64,000 nt of DNA from an uncultured Aliarcobacter sp. (GTDB lineage: Bacteria > Campylobacterota > Campylobacteria > Campylobacterales > Arcobacteraceae). Positions 10,207 through 20,584 of the stretch are shown here, in pieces. The stretch is taken from NCBI GenBank assembly GCA_963677435.1, contig OY781945.1, positions 1,600,001 to 1,664,000 of the forward strand. The letters run 5' to 3'. The first letter of the stretch is position 1. Every line of letters begins with the position of its first letter. The position numbers and the translations under genes are program-made. A model generated the notes under the pieces. It made no database searches. It was not told the origin of the DNA and saw only the letters and a list, made by a program, of their open reading frames with translations.

Positions 10207-10701
10207 ATGAAAAGAAGAAACTTTATAAAATTTACAACAATAAGCGCAATTTTATTTTCAAATAATATTGCAATTGCTAAAAATATTCCACCTAAAACTT
10301 TAATACTCTTAGATGAAGTTTTAAATATTATATTTCCAAAAACTTCTTTAATGCCAAGTGCTAAAGAGTTCAACGCAGTAGAATATTTAGTGAAAAATAT
10401 TTCCCATAAAACATTTGATGATGAAGATAAAACTTTGATTTTGCAAGGTTCAAAAGATTTTATTAGTGCCTTTCCAGACTTTTTAAATTTGTCACAAGAG
10501 AAAAAAAGAACTCTTATTTTTAATGTTGCTAAAAATAATGAATATGCAAAATCTTGGATTTCAAAACTTTCATATTATGGAGTAGAAGCCATGTTTAGTG
10601 ACCCAATTTACGGTGGAAACTTTAATCAAATAGCTTGGAATAGTGTAAAACATCCAATTGGAATTCCAAGACCTTTAAAAACTTATGGACAAAAAATATG
10701 A
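10207..10701 (+). CDS. Gluconate 2-dehydrogenase subunit 3-like protein with Tat signal
   Basis: MKRRNFIK twin-arginine signal and C-terminal EAMFSDPIYGGN...W motif. True start is 10207, not the track's 9838. Confidence 0.85.
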   Translation: MKRRNFIKFTTISAILFSNNIAIAKNIPPKTLILLDEVLNIIFPKTSLMPSAKEFNAVEYLVKNISHKTFDDEDKTLILQGSKDFISAFPDFLNLSQEKKRTLIFNVAKNNEYAKSWISKLSYYGVEAMFSDPIYGGNFNQIAWNSVKHPIGIPRPLKTYGQKI

Positions 10702-12350
10702 TATATGATGTTTGTGTTATTGGAAGTGGAGCAGGTGCTGGTCCTATTATTTATGAATTAAGCAAAATGGGCTTAAAAGTTTGTGTTTTAGAAAAAGGTG
10801 ACATTTATAATGAAAAAGATTTTTCAAAGGATGAGTTAGTTGTAAGGCGTTCTATTTATACTCCAAATCTAAAAGATGAGTACCACACAATTGAAGAAAA
10901 AAGAGAAAATAACTGGATAAAATTCCCAACATATGAAAGTGGTTGGAGTTTTTGGAATGGTAACCTTCTAGGTGGTTCTTCAAACTTTATGAGTGGATAT
11001 TTTCACAGACTTAAACCTAAAGATTTTAAATTAGCTTCAACTTATGGAGTTCCTGAAAATTCAAATATAGTTGATTGGCCAATTTCATATGATGAAATGG
11101 AAACTTATTATACAAAAGTTGAAGAACTAGTGGGAGTTTCAGGAAAAGTTCAAGAATATGAGTTTTCTGAGCCAAGAAGTACAAAAGATTTTCCTTATGA
11201 AGCATTACAAGAGAATAAAATAGTAAATTTAATAGATAAAGCATGTTCTGAATTAAACTATAAAAGTATCAAAACTCCAAGGGCAATAATTTCGAGTGCA
11301 AAAGGGCATAGAAACCCTTGTTATTACTCAAATTATTGTGGTTCGTATCCTTGCTCAAGTGCTGCTAAAGGAAGCTCAAGAGCTAGTTTAATAAAAGATG
11401 CACTTTTAACAAATAATGTAGAAATTATTGCAAATGCCTTTGTAATTAAACTAAATACTTCAAAAGATAAAAAAATAGATAGTGCCACATATTTAACAAA
11501 AGAGGCAAAGAAAAAAGAGATAAAAGCAAAACTTTTTGTAGTGGCTGCTCAAGCTGTTGAGACATCAAGACTTTTATTAAATTCAAAAGATGAAAATTTC
11601 CCAAATGGTGTTGCAAATAATAGTCTTAATGTTGGTAAAAACTTTCTTTCAAGTAGTGGAGGAATTGTAAGTGCTACTTTTGATGAAACTAATATGAATT
11701 TAAAAGATTTACAAGAAGCCGGATTATTTGTAAATAGAAGTTTATTAGATTGGTATTATACAAAAGAGTTTAAAACAGGAACAATAGATATTCTTTTTGA
11801 ACATGCAAATCCAATAAGAAGAGCTTCAACTCTACGATGGAATGGAAATGAATTATTAATAGGTGAAGAGTTACAAAATAAAATCTTTGAAACTTTTACA
11901 AAAACTAGAACTCTAAATATGGAGATTTTTGTTGATTGGACGCCAAATGATGACTCTTTTGTAAGTGTTGATGAAAAATATAAAGATAAATATGGAATGC
12001 CAGTTGCAAATATTAGAATTGGTAGCCATGAACAAGATTTAAGAGCTTCAAAATTTTTAGAAGAGAAAGCAATAAAGTTATTTGAAAAAATGGGTGGGAA
12101 AAATATAATATCAGATATTTCACCACTTCCATCATCAAATTTATTAGCAGGTGGCTGTAGATTTGGAGATAATGCAAAAACTTCTGTTTTAAATAAATAT
12201 TGCCAAGCTCACGAAGTAAAAAATCTCTTTGTAACAGATGCTAGTTTTATGCCAACGGGTGGAAGTGTACCTTTTACATGGACTATTTATGCAAATTCAT
12301 TTAGAGTTGCTGATTATATTAAAAATAATTGGAAAAATTTAATAACTTGA
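10698..12350 (+). CDS. GMC-family FAD oxidoreductase
   Basis: DVCVIGSGAGAG FAD-binding motif, WPISY.E...YY, Cys cluster C..SN.C..YPC, and NLFV.DASF.PT.G. Confidence 0.92.
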   Translation: MIYDVCVIGSGAGAGPIIYELSKMGLKVCVLEKGDIYNEKDFSKDELVVRRSIYTPNLKDEYHTIEEKRENNWIKFPTYESGWSFWNGNLLGGSSNFMSGYFHRLKPKDFKLASTYGVPENSNIVDWPISYDEMETYYTKVEELVGVSGKVQEYEFSEPRSTKDFPYEALQENKIVNLIDKACSELNYKSIKTPRAIISSAKGHRNPCYYSNYCGSYPCSSAAKGSSRASLIKDALLTNNVEIIANAFVIKLNTSKDKKIDSATYLTKEAKKKEIKAKLFVVAAQAVETSRLLLNSKDENFPNGVANNSLNVGKNFLSSSGGIVSATFDETNMNLKDLQEAGLFVNRSLLDWYYTKEFKTGTIDILFEHANPIRRASTLRWNGNELLIGEELQNKIFETFTKTRTLNMEIFVDWTPNDDSFVSVDEKYKDKYGMPVANIRIGSHEQDLRASKFLEEKAIKLFEKMGGKNIISDISPLPSSNLLAGGCRFGDNAKTSVLNKYCQAHEVKNLFVTDASFMPTGGSVPFTWTIYANSFRVADYIKNNWKNLIT

Positions 12351-12414
12351 TAATAATTTAATATATTTTTATCAAAACTTAGATAACATAAATTCCTAAA
12401 AAATTGGAGTCTTT

Positions 12415-13359
12415 ATGAAAAAAACAGTTATTTTTTGCCTTTTATTATCAAGTTTATATGCATCTGATGATTATACACCTATAAGTAAAATTTCAAATGA
12501 TAAAAAAGTTGAATACAACTTTATGAATAATACTAATCAAAAGCCTAATAAAGAAGAAAAATTTGAATCTGTTAAATCTATAGCAAACAGCAATAAAAAA
12601 GAAGAATTTCAAGCTGTTAAATCGACAGAACCTATTGAATTAAAAAACGACATACTTCAAGAAGTTAAATCAGATGAAATAAAAGAAACTACCCCCACAG
12701 TTGATAAAAGTTTTGTAAAAGATTATAAAAAAGAGAATATTTTACAAGATACAAAAAAATATTCACAAGATGGATTTAGTAAAGATTTTTCAATTACTCC
12801 AAAAATCACTTATACATATCTTACAACTGATCTTCATAGTACAGAAAGAGTACGCCCAATAGATAGAAAAAATGTTTTAGTACCAGAACTTTCACTTAGA
12901 TATAAAGAACATACTCTAAAAGCCGAATTATTAGATTCAAAAGCTCATTATACAAATGTTTTAATAGTTGATTCTGATTTAGAAACGAGAATAAAATGGC
13001 TTAAATTGTACTATTTATACAATTATCAAAATGTTAATTTAGGTCTTGCTTATAATAATTATAAAGCAGATTTTATAATTGTAGATTATAATAGAAATCT
13101 TAAAAAGAGAGAAGAATTTCCATCTTTAGAACTTAATGCAAAAAATGAAGAAAATCAACTTGAAATTAATTATGGATTATCTTATGGTAAAAGTACTGAT
13201 ATTGACTACGCTTATGAATATTATGTCAACTTAGGATATAAAATTTTCCAAAATGATGTTTTAAATATTAATGCAGGATATAGAAATAGAACAATTGATT
13301 ATGATAATGTTAAGTATCAATATAGAGGTCCAACACTAAGTCTTAGCAGTACATTCTAA
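12415..13359 (+). CDS. Secreted protein, probable outer-membrane beta-barrel in the C-terminal half
   Basis: Signal peptide, charged low-complexity N-terminal part, Tyr-rich amphipathic strands and terminal Phe (LSLSSTF). Confidence 0.6.
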   Translation: MKKTVIFCLLLSSLYASDDYTPISKISNDKKVEYNFMNNTNQKPNKEEKFESVKSIANSNKKEEFQAVKSTEPIELKNDILQEVKSDEIKETTPTVDKSFVKDYKKENILQDTKKYSQDGFSKDFSITPKITYTYLTTDLHSTERVRPIDRKNVLVPELSLRYKEHTLKAELLDSKAHYTNVLIVDSDLETRIKWLKLYYLYNYQNVNLGLAYNNYKADFIIVDYNRNLKKREEFPSLELNAKNEENQLEINYGLSYGKSTDIDYAYEYYVNLGYKIFQNDVLNINAGYRNRTIDYDNVKYQYRGPTLSLSSTF

Positions 13360-13364
13360 AAAAA

Positions 13365-13393
13365 ATAAAACATTACATTTTGTAATGTTTTAT
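13365..13393 (+). terminator. Hairpin, probable intrinsic terminator
   Basis: ATAAAACATTACA-ttt-TGTAATGTTTTAT, a perfect 13-bp inverted repeat just after the stop codon. Confidence 0.65.
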
Positions 13394-13450
13394 CTTCTAT
13401 AAAAAAGTTTTGGATATAATAAGTCTATAATATATTATTTAAGGTTATTA

Positions 13451-13801
13451 ATGCAAAACATTCAAATCTGGCATAATCCTAAATGTTCAAAATCAAGAGC
13501 AGCAATGGAGTTATTAGAAAATAAAAATATAAATGCAAATGTTGTTAAATATTTAGAAGAAACTCCATCAAAAGAGCAAATAAAAGATGTTCTAAAAAAA
13601 CTTAATATCAAAGCAAAAGAACTTCTTAGATCTGGTGAAGATGTATATAAAGAGTTAAAATTAAAAGATATAGATGATGAAGATAAGCTAATTGATTTTA
13701 TGTTTGAACATCCAATTTTAATTGAAAGACCAATTATCATAAAAGGAGATATTGCGGTGATTGCAAGACCTATTGAGAACTTAGAAGAACTACTCAAATG
13801 A
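13451..13801 (+). CDS. arsC: Arsenate reductase (glutaredoxin-type ArsC family)
   Basis: HNPKCSKSR and P.LIERPI...ARP motifs. Confidence 0.88.
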   Translation: MQNIQIWHNPKCSKSRAAMELLENKNINANVVKYLEETPSKEQIKDVLKKLNIKAKELLRSGEDVYKELKLKDIDDEDKLIDFMFEHPILIERPIIIKGDIAVIARPIENLEELLK

Positions 13802-14163
13802 TTTATGAAGTAAATGAAAAACAACAACGAATCAAATACATAAGGGTTTTAGAGAAATTCTTTACAAGAACAATATCTTTATTAAAACTTGATAATTTTG
13901 ACAAAGATTTATTCAAACAAAGAACTAGAAAAAACTATGAAGAGATGATAAAAACAAAAGAGATTGAACTATATTCTGAACATTATGAGGGAATAAAAGT
14001 TTTTATAAATAAGACATTATTTTATCTAGAAGAGCATTCTAAATCTTTTGAAGAGGAAAGAGCAACTTTATTAAAAGATGCAAATCTTATTCAAAAAGAG
14101 AAAAATAGTACTACTTACAAAAAAGATAAACACAAAAATCAAAAATTCAATGATGGATATTAA
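13798..14163 (+). CDS. Hypothetical protein
   Basis: 121-aa ORF translationally coupled to arsC and to the helicase gene. Confidence 0.75.
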   Translation: MIYEVNEKQQRIKYIRVLEKFFTRTISLLKLDNFDKDLFKQRTRKNYEEMIKTKEIELYSEHYEGIKVFINKTLFYLEEHSKSFEEERATLLKDANLIQKEKNSTTYKKDKHKNQKFNDGY

Positions 14164-16481
14164 TGAGTCAAGAAGAGTATAAAAGTTTCAAATTATCAGG
14201 AGTTATAAAAAAAGTTTTATACAAAAATGAGGAAACTAAATACATTATTGCCGTCCTAGAAAATAATCAAAAAATTTGTGGTGCATATTTTGATACAGAT
14301 ATTGAAAAAATTGTTGGTGAAGAGGTCATTTTAAAAGGAAATTGGATTACCCATAAAAAATATGGTGTTCAATTTGAATTTGATACTTTACAACTAAAAG
14401 AGGCTGAAATCTTCTTTTTTCTTACAAAAATAGTAAAAGGTGTTGGTAAAAAATTTGCCCATGAATTACTAGAAAAATATGATGAAGAAGAGCTAATTGA
14501 TATTTTAAATAATCGACCTCAAGAACTTCTTGATTTCAAAGGAATCAAAGAAAAAAAACTTCAAATGATAGTTACTTCTTGGCAAAAATTCCAACATTTA
14601 AGAGAACTTGGTTCCTTTTTGGCAAAATTTGGTGTAACTTCTAATCTTATTACAAAAATATATTCGAGTTTAGGTGAAGTTGAAAACCTAATAGAAAAAA
14701 TCAAAGAAAATCCATATATTTTAATTAATATAAAAGGAATTGGTTTTAAACGAGCTGATGAAATAGCTAAATCTTTGGGCATTGACCCAAAATCAGAGTT
14801 TAGAATTATGGCTTGTTTGAACTATACTCTAAGAGAATATTGTGATAATAATGGAAACTCTTCAATAGAAAAATTTCATTTATATAAACTTTTAGATGAT
14901 AGTTTACGATTCTTTAATGAAGAGGCTTTATACGAATCAGCTATTTCAAAAATGTTAGTTGATGAAGATATTTTTGTAACAAGTGAAAATAGATATGCCT
15001 TATCAATGCTTTATTATGCAGAAAAGCGAATTTTAGAGTTTTTTACAAGAAGAAAAGATGAAAAAAATAGAAAAATTATTGCAACTTTTGATGAATATTT
15101 ACTAAAAAAACAAGAGACATTAGGCTTTGAATTAAGTAGTGAGCAAAAAAAAGCAGTTGAACTAATAAATAATGGAGATAAAACTCTATTTTTAATAGGT
15201 TACGCTGGAACTGGTAAATCAACTTCAAGTAGGGCGATATTGGAACTTCTTGAAGAAACAATGTCTTATGATGATATTATGACTATTGCTTTAAGTGGGA
15301 TTGCTTCGCAGAGAATTTCTGATACAACAGGATACAACTCTTCAACAATTCAATCACTTCTTATGAAACATAAAGAAAAGGACTTTTTCCCATATAAAGC
15401 TATACTTTTAGATGAAGCTTCGATGGTTAATTCTGTTACTTTTAATCAAATAGTTTCAAAAATAGATGATGATACAATTTTTATAGTTGTTGGTGATGAT
15501 GGACAATTACCTGCAATTGGTGCTGGAAATGTTCTTGCAGATGCTATTAAATATGAACTTGCCCCAATTTGTAAATTAACAAAAATTTATAGACAAAATG
15601 AAAACCAAGCAATAGCTGTAATTGCAAACGATATAAGAAAAGGTGAAGTTCCAGCTTACAAAGAAGAGTATGAAGATTTCAAATTTATTGATGTATCTAT
15701 TTCAAACTATTATTCACAAAAAAATTCTGTTTCTTCAAATGATTTTGCAGATTTGAGAGGTGAAAATAGTGAGTATATTTTAAATAATATTTTAAATATT
15801 TCAGCTGGTTACATAGAACAATATTACAATTTCATAAAGAAAAAAGAGATTTCAAAAGCATTAACACTTTTTCAAGTGATTACTCCTATGAAAGCTGGAA
15901 CTTTAGGTGTTGATAATCTAAATATTCAATTACAAAAACTTTTTAATCATACAAAGGGAAAAGCCTTTGTTTCAAAAGTGTATGAATATAAATTAACAGA
16001 TAAAGTAATTCATATAAAAAATGAAAATATGAAAGCTCAAACTATGAGTATGTATAAAAGTGGATCAACTGATTTTCTTGAGAGAAGGGTTTATAATGGT
16101 CAATTAGGACTTATCATAAAACTTGATTTTGAAGAAGAAAAATGTATAGTTTTATATCCAAATGATGATATGGTCGTATTTTATGACTTTGAAAATGTAT
16201 ATTCATTATTGTCTTTGGCTTATTGTTTAACTATTCATAAAACCCAAGGAATGGAGTATGAAAATGCTTTAATTCCTATGAGTTTTTCCCACTATATTAT
16301 GCATAATACAAAACTTCTATACACAGCAATTACAAGAGCAAAAAGAATGTGTTTTATTGTTGGAGAAGAAGAAGCTTTTAAAAGTGCTTGTAAAAAATTA
16401 GAAATAACAATTCGAGAATCTGTTATAAATGATTTACTTAGTAAAAGAATAGTTCAAAATAGAGAAATACTAGCCGTTTAA
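14163..16481 (+). CDS. RecD2-like SF1B DNA helicase
   Basis: H.KYG.QF, HhH motif GIGFKRAD.IA, Walker A GYAGTGKS, DEASM, VGD..QLP.IGAG and AY..TIHKTQG.E. Confidence 0.92.
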   Translation: MSQEEYKSFKLSGVIKKVLYKNEETKYIIAVLENNQKICGAYFDTDIEKIVGEEVILKGNWITHKKYGVQFEFDTLQLKEAEIFFFLTKIVKGVGKKFAHELLEKYDEEELIDILNNRPQELLDFKGIKEKKLQMIVTSWQKFQHLRELGSFLAKFGVTSNLITKIYSSLGEVENLIEKIKENPYILINIKGIGFKRADEIAKSLGIDPKSEFRIMACLNYTLREYCDNNGNSSIEKFHLYKLLDDSLRFFNEEALYESAISKMLVDEDIFVTSENRYALSMLYYAEKRILEFFTRRKDEKNRKIIATFDEYLLKKQETLGFELSSEQKKAVELINNGDKTLFLIGYAGTGKSTSSRAILELLEETMSYDDIMTIALSGIASQRISDTTGYNSSTIQSLLMKHKEKDFFPYKAILLDEASMVNSVTFNQIVSKIDDDTIFIVVGDDGQLPAIGAGNVLADAIKYELAPICKLTKIYRQNENQAIAVIANDIRKGEVPAYKEEYEDFKFIDVSISNYYSQKNSVSSNDFADLRGENSEYILNNILNISAGYIEQYYNFIKKKEISKALTLFQVITPMKAGTLGVDNLNIQLQKLFNHTKGKAFVSKVYEYKLTDKVIHIKNENMKAQTMSMYKSGSTDFLERRVYNGQLGLIIKLDFEEEKCIVLYPNDDMVVFYDFENVYSLLSLAYCLTIHKTQGMEYENALIPMSFSHYIMHNTKLLYTAITRAKRMCFIVGEEEAFKSACKKLEITIRESVINDLLSKRIVQNREILAV

Positions 16482-16539
16482 CGAACTTAAAAGCAACTCT
16501 TTTGTATCATATAGAAAATTTTTAAGAGGATAATATTTT

Positions 16540-18003
16540 ATGATAACATGGATGCAAAGACATAAAAAATGGCTTGTGATTACTATTTGGATTAGTACAA
16601 TTGCATTTGTCGGAGCTGGCTTTGTTGGTTGGGGTTCTTATGAATATGGAAAACAAGGTGGAGTTGTAGCAGTAGTAGGTGATAGAGAAGTATCAGTTGA
16701 GGAATATCAACAAGAGTATTCAAATCTTTATGAACAATATTCTAAAATGTTTGGTTCTATGTTTAACAAAGAATTAGCAGAACAATTAAAATTAAAAGAT
16801 ACAGCTTACAGACAAGTTTTACAAAAAAACTTAATCCTATCATACGCAGATTCTTTAGGACTTGATGTTACAAATGAAGATATTGCAAAAGAATTAGTAA
16901 AATATAATGCTTTCTTAAAAGATGGAAAATTTGATAAAGATACTTATGTAAAAATTTTAGCTCAAAATAAAATGACACCAAAAATTTTCGAAGATTCTTT
17001 AAAAAGAAATATTTTATTACAAAAAGTTCAAGTACTTTTTGATTTAAAACCAAGTAGTGTAGAAATTGAAAATATAAGTAAATTACTTTTTGTTCAAGAT
17101 GATATTTCAATCAAAATTTTAAATGCTAGTGATATTTCAGTTGATATAAATCAAGATGAATTAAAGAAATATTGGGAAGAGAATAAAAATTCTTATATGT
17201 CTGAAGTTTCATATGATTTAGAAGTTAAAGAACTTCCAATAGTTTCATCAAATCCAAGTGATGAAGATATTCAGGCACATTATGAAAAATTTAAGATAGA
17301 TTATAAACATGAAGATGGAAAAATTAAATCTTTGGAAGAAGCTAAAGAGCAAATAGTAAAAGATTTAGATGAAAAATTCACAAGAACAGAAGCTTTAAGA
17401 ATTTATTTAAAAATTAAAAAAGATGAAGAAAAACTTGATACAAAAGTTAGTTATACAGAATCTTCATTACCTTTCTCTAATGAAGATAATTCAAAAATAG
17501 TTGAATTAAAAGAGGGTGAGTTAGCAAAACCATTTTTAGAAAATAATAAATATGTGATTGCAAAACTTGTTAAGAAAAATCCAGCACAAGCTTTAGCTTT
17601 TGAACAAGCTTCACCTTTAGTTACTAAAGATTATGAAAAAGTTATGAAAGCAAAAAAACTTGATGAATTAGCAAATGCACAATTAAAAGATTTTCAAGGT
17701 ACTGATATATCAGGAATTACAAGAGAATCTATAGATAAAATCACAGGATTAGAACAAAAAGATGCCGCTAAGTTTTTAAATCAATTATTCTCAGCAACTT
17801 CAAAAGAAGGTATTGTAAAACTTGATGATAAAGAAGTTCTATACAAAATAAATAATTCTACATTTGGTGATTATAATAAAGCAAAAGATGAAGTTGTAAA
17901 AGGAACAATTACACAACTTCAAGAGGAAGAATTAATGACAAATTTAATGAAAAAATTAGAAAATAGTTTTGAAATACAATCTTCAAATCAAGAGAAGGAG
18001 TAA
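16540..18003 (+). CDS. PpiD/SurA N-terminal-domain periplasmic chaperone
   Basis: MITWMQRHKK...WISTIAFVGAG membrane anchor and SurA-like domain; directly upstream of ftsA. Confidence 0.85.
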   Translation: MITWMQRHKKWLVITIWISTIAFVGAGFVGWGSYEYGKQGGVVAVVGDREVSVEEYQQEYSNLYEQYSKMFGSMFNKELAEQLKLKDTAYRQVLQKNLILSYADSLGLDVTNEDIAKELVKYNAFLKDGKFDKDTYVKILAQNKMTPKIFEDSLKRNILLQKVQVLFDLKPSSVEIENISKLLFVQDDISIKILNASDISVDINQDELKKYWEENKNSYMSEVSYDLEVKELPIVSSNPSDEDIQAHYEKFKIDYKHEDGKIKSLEEAKEQIVKDLDEKFTRTEALRIYLKIKKDEEKLDTKVSYTESSLPFSNEDNSKIVELKEGELAKPFLENNKYVIAKLVKKNPAQALAFEQASPLVTKDYEKVMKAKKLDELANAQLKDFQGTDISGITRESIDKITGLEQKDAAKFLNQLFSATSKEGIVKLDDKEVLYKINNSTFGDYNKAKDEVVKGTITQLQEEELMTNLMKKLENSFEIQSSNQEKE

Positions 18004-18006
18004 TAA

Positions 18007-19389
18007 TTGAATAATACTTTTTTAGCAATTGATATTGGTTCATCTAATATTACAGCAGTTATTGCAAAACATGATTTAGAATATAATATAAATATATTAG
18101 GTACTGGTATTCAAAAAAGTGGTGGAATTAATAAAGGTCTTATAATAAATATTGAAGAGGCTTCAAAGGCTATTAAAGATGCAGTTTCAATAGCCAAAAG
18201 AACAACTACAGAATTAATAGATACAACAGTTGTATCTATTTCTGGAAGTTATTCTAAAAGTATAAGAAGTAGTGGTTCAGTAAATGTTCCAAATGGACTA
18301 ATTACAGAAACAGAAATAAATCAAGTTATGCAAATGGCTTTATATAATGCAACAATAGTTCCAGAATATGAAGTTGTGCATGTTGTTCCAATATTCTTTA
18401 AAGTGGATGATTCTGTTGAAGTTGACAATCCTTTAAATATGAATGGAAGCCGATTAGAAGTTTCTGTTTATATAGTAACAGCAAAAAGAACAGCTTTAAC
18501 AAATATAAAATCAGCCCTTAAAACATCTGGAATTGAAATTGTTAAATTTGTTTTAGATTCTTATTCATCAGCTTTAGCTGTTCTTGATGATCAACAAAAG
18601 AAGTTTGGTGCTATTGTTATTAATTTAGGTGCTACAACTACAGAGTTTGTATATTTTAAAGGTAATTCAATCATATTTAATGGTTTTATTCCTGTTGGTT
18701 CAAACCATATTACAAATGACTTATCTGTTATGTTACACACACCTCCAACAGCTGCTGAGAAAATTAAATTAGAGTATGGTTCGCTATTAAGAAACTACTC
18801 TCCAAACAACGAATTAGGTGTTACAAAAGTTAAAATTCCTAGAATTGGTGATGAAGAGAGTATTTCTGAAGTTGCCCTTGATTATATTCAAACAATTATT
18901 CACGCAAGAGTTGAAGAAGTTTTAGTTTTAGTAAAAAACAAACTTAAAAAAAGTGGACATTTAGATAATACAGGTTCAGGTATTGTAATTACTGGTGGAA
19001 TGAGTTATCTTGATGGTATCAAAAAACTTGCTGAAAAAATTTATGAAGGCATTCCAATTAGTGTGTCAAATCCAAAAAATATTAAAAATGGTTTTATGAG
19101 TTTCGATGAAGCTAATATGGCTACAATAGTTGGATTATTATTTTACTCTTTAGGTACTAATAGAAGTTATCAATTAGATTCAAGTAAAAAACTTGTTAAG
19201 CCATTAAAAAAAGATAGAATGATGGAGCCAAAAATTTCAGTTGTTGAAAATACTTCTGAAAAACCAATGACACAACATGTAAGAGAAGAGATTCAAATAA
19301 AAGATAATTCTACAATTTTAACACCTTTAGTAAGAGATAAGAAAAAAGGCGTTTCTAAATTCTGGAATAAAGTATCGGAGTGGTTTTAA
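18007..19389 (+). CDS. ftsA: Cell division protein FtsA
   Basis: AIDIGSS, P.G..HIT.D, AE.IK..YG and GIVITGG motifs. Confidence 0.95.
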   Translation: MNNTFLAIDIGSSNITAVIAKHDLEYNINILGTGIQKSGGINKGLIINIEEASKAIKDAVSIAKRTTTELIDTTVVSISGSYSKSIRSSGSVNVPNGLITETEINQVMQMALYNATIVPEYEVVHVVPIFFKVDDSVEVDNPLNMNGSRLEVSVYIVTAKRTALTNIKSALKTSGIEIVKFVLDSYSSALAVLDDQQKKFGAIVINLGATTTEFVYFKGNSIIFNGFIPVGSNHITNDLSVMLHTPPTAAEKIKLEYGSLLRNYSPNNELGVTKVKIPRIGDEESISEVALDYIQTIIHARVEEVLVLVKNKLKKSGHLDNTGSGIVITGGMSYLDGIKKLAEKIYEGIPISVSNPKNIKNGFMSFDEANMATIVGLLFYSLGTNRSYQLDSSKKLVKPLKKDRMMEPKISVVENTSEKPMTQHVREEIQIKDNSTILTPLVRDKKKGVSKFWNKVSEWF

Positions 19390-20531
19390 TGGAAAATTTA
19401 TTTAGAGTTGATGATATAAAAGTGGATATGCCGAGTAAAGTTCTGTCTGATAATGTTGCAAAAATTGCAGTTATTGGTGTAGGTGGTGGTGGTTGTAATA
19501 TGATTAACCACATGATAAATGAAGGTTCTCATAAAATTGATTTAATTGCTGCTAATACAGATTTACAAGTTTTGCATATTTCTAAAGCTCCGAAAAAAAT
19601 ACAATTAGGTCTTAAACTTACAAAAGGTTTAGGTGCTGGTATGAAGCCAGAAGTTGGACGAGATTCAGCAGTTGAGAGTTATGAAGAGATTAAAGCTACT
19701 TTAAAAGGTGCTGATATTATTTTTATTGCTGCTGGTCTTGGTGGTGGAACTGGAACTGGAGCTGCTGCTATTATTGCAAAAGCTGCAAAAGAGATTGGAG
19801 CATTAACTGTTTCTGTTGTTACAAAACCATTTACATGGGAAGGTAAAAAAAGAGCAGGTTTAGCAAATCTTGGACTTGAAGAACTTAAAAAAGTAAGTGA
19901 TTCAATTATCATCGTACCAAATGATAGATTATTAGAAATTATTGATGAAAATGTAGGGATGAAAGATGCCTTTAAAATTATTGATAATATTTTATACCAA
20001 GCTGTAAATGGAATGTCTGAAGTTATTTTAAATCCAGGTAATTCTGATATTAATACAGACTTTGCAGATGTTAAAACAATCATGCAACACAAAGGTATGG
20101 CATTAATGGGAATAGGGAGAGCAAAGGGTGAAAATGCTGCTCAAAGAGCCTTAGAAGATGCTATTGATTCTCCTTTACTTGATAAAGTTTCACTAAATGG
20201 AGCAAAAGGTATTTTAATTCACTTTAATATTCATCCACAAGTTTCATTATTTGCTATTAATGATGTAATGGGAACTATAAATGATAGAATGGATTCAAAC
20301 GCTGAGATTATCTTTGGTACAACTTCAGATAGTACACTAGAAAAAGATGAAGTAAAAATCACTATTGTTGCAACTGGATTTGAATCTAAAAATGATGAAC
20401 ATGAAGAAGCAACTGAAGGTACAGAAGAAGCAAATAATCAAAATAATGCTCTTTTAGCTGATAGCAATGAGAATTATTATGATACACCACCTTTAATGAG
20501 AGATTATATAGTTCAATATCAATTGAACTAA
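19389..20531 (+). CDS. ftsZ: Cell division protein FtsZ
   Basis: VIGVGGGG.N, GLGAG, GGGTGTG and IN.DFADV. Start ATG 19389 overlaps the ftsA stop. Confidence 0.98.
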   Translation: MENLFRVDDIKVDMPSKVLSDNVAKIAVIGVGGGGCNMINHMINEGSHKIDLIAANTDLQVLHISKAPKKIQLGLKLTKGLGAGMKPEVGRDSAVESYEEIKATLKGADIIFIAAGLGGGTGTGAAAIIAKAAKEIGALTVSVVTKPFTWEGKKRAGLANLGLEELKKVSDSIIIVPNDRLLEIIDENVGMKDAFKIIDNILYQAVNGMSEVILNPGNSDINTDFADVKTIMQHKGMALMGIGRAKGENAAQRALEDAIDSPLLDKVSLNGAKGILIHFNIHPQVSLFAINDVMGTINDRMDSNAEIIFGTTSDSTLEKDEVKITIVATGFESKNDEHEEATEGTEEANNQNNALLADSNENYYDTPPLMRDYIVQYQLN

Positions 20532-20539
20532 TCTCTTAA

Positions 20540-20577
20540 AAAAAAAGGCTTTAAACGAAAGTTTAAAGCCTTTTTTT
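20540..20577. terminator. Bidirectional intrinsic terminator
   Basis: A7-GGCTTTAAAC-GAAA-GTTTAAAGCC-T7 between convergent ftsZ and the YeeE gene. Confidence 0.9.
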
Positions 20578-20584
20578 ATGCCTA

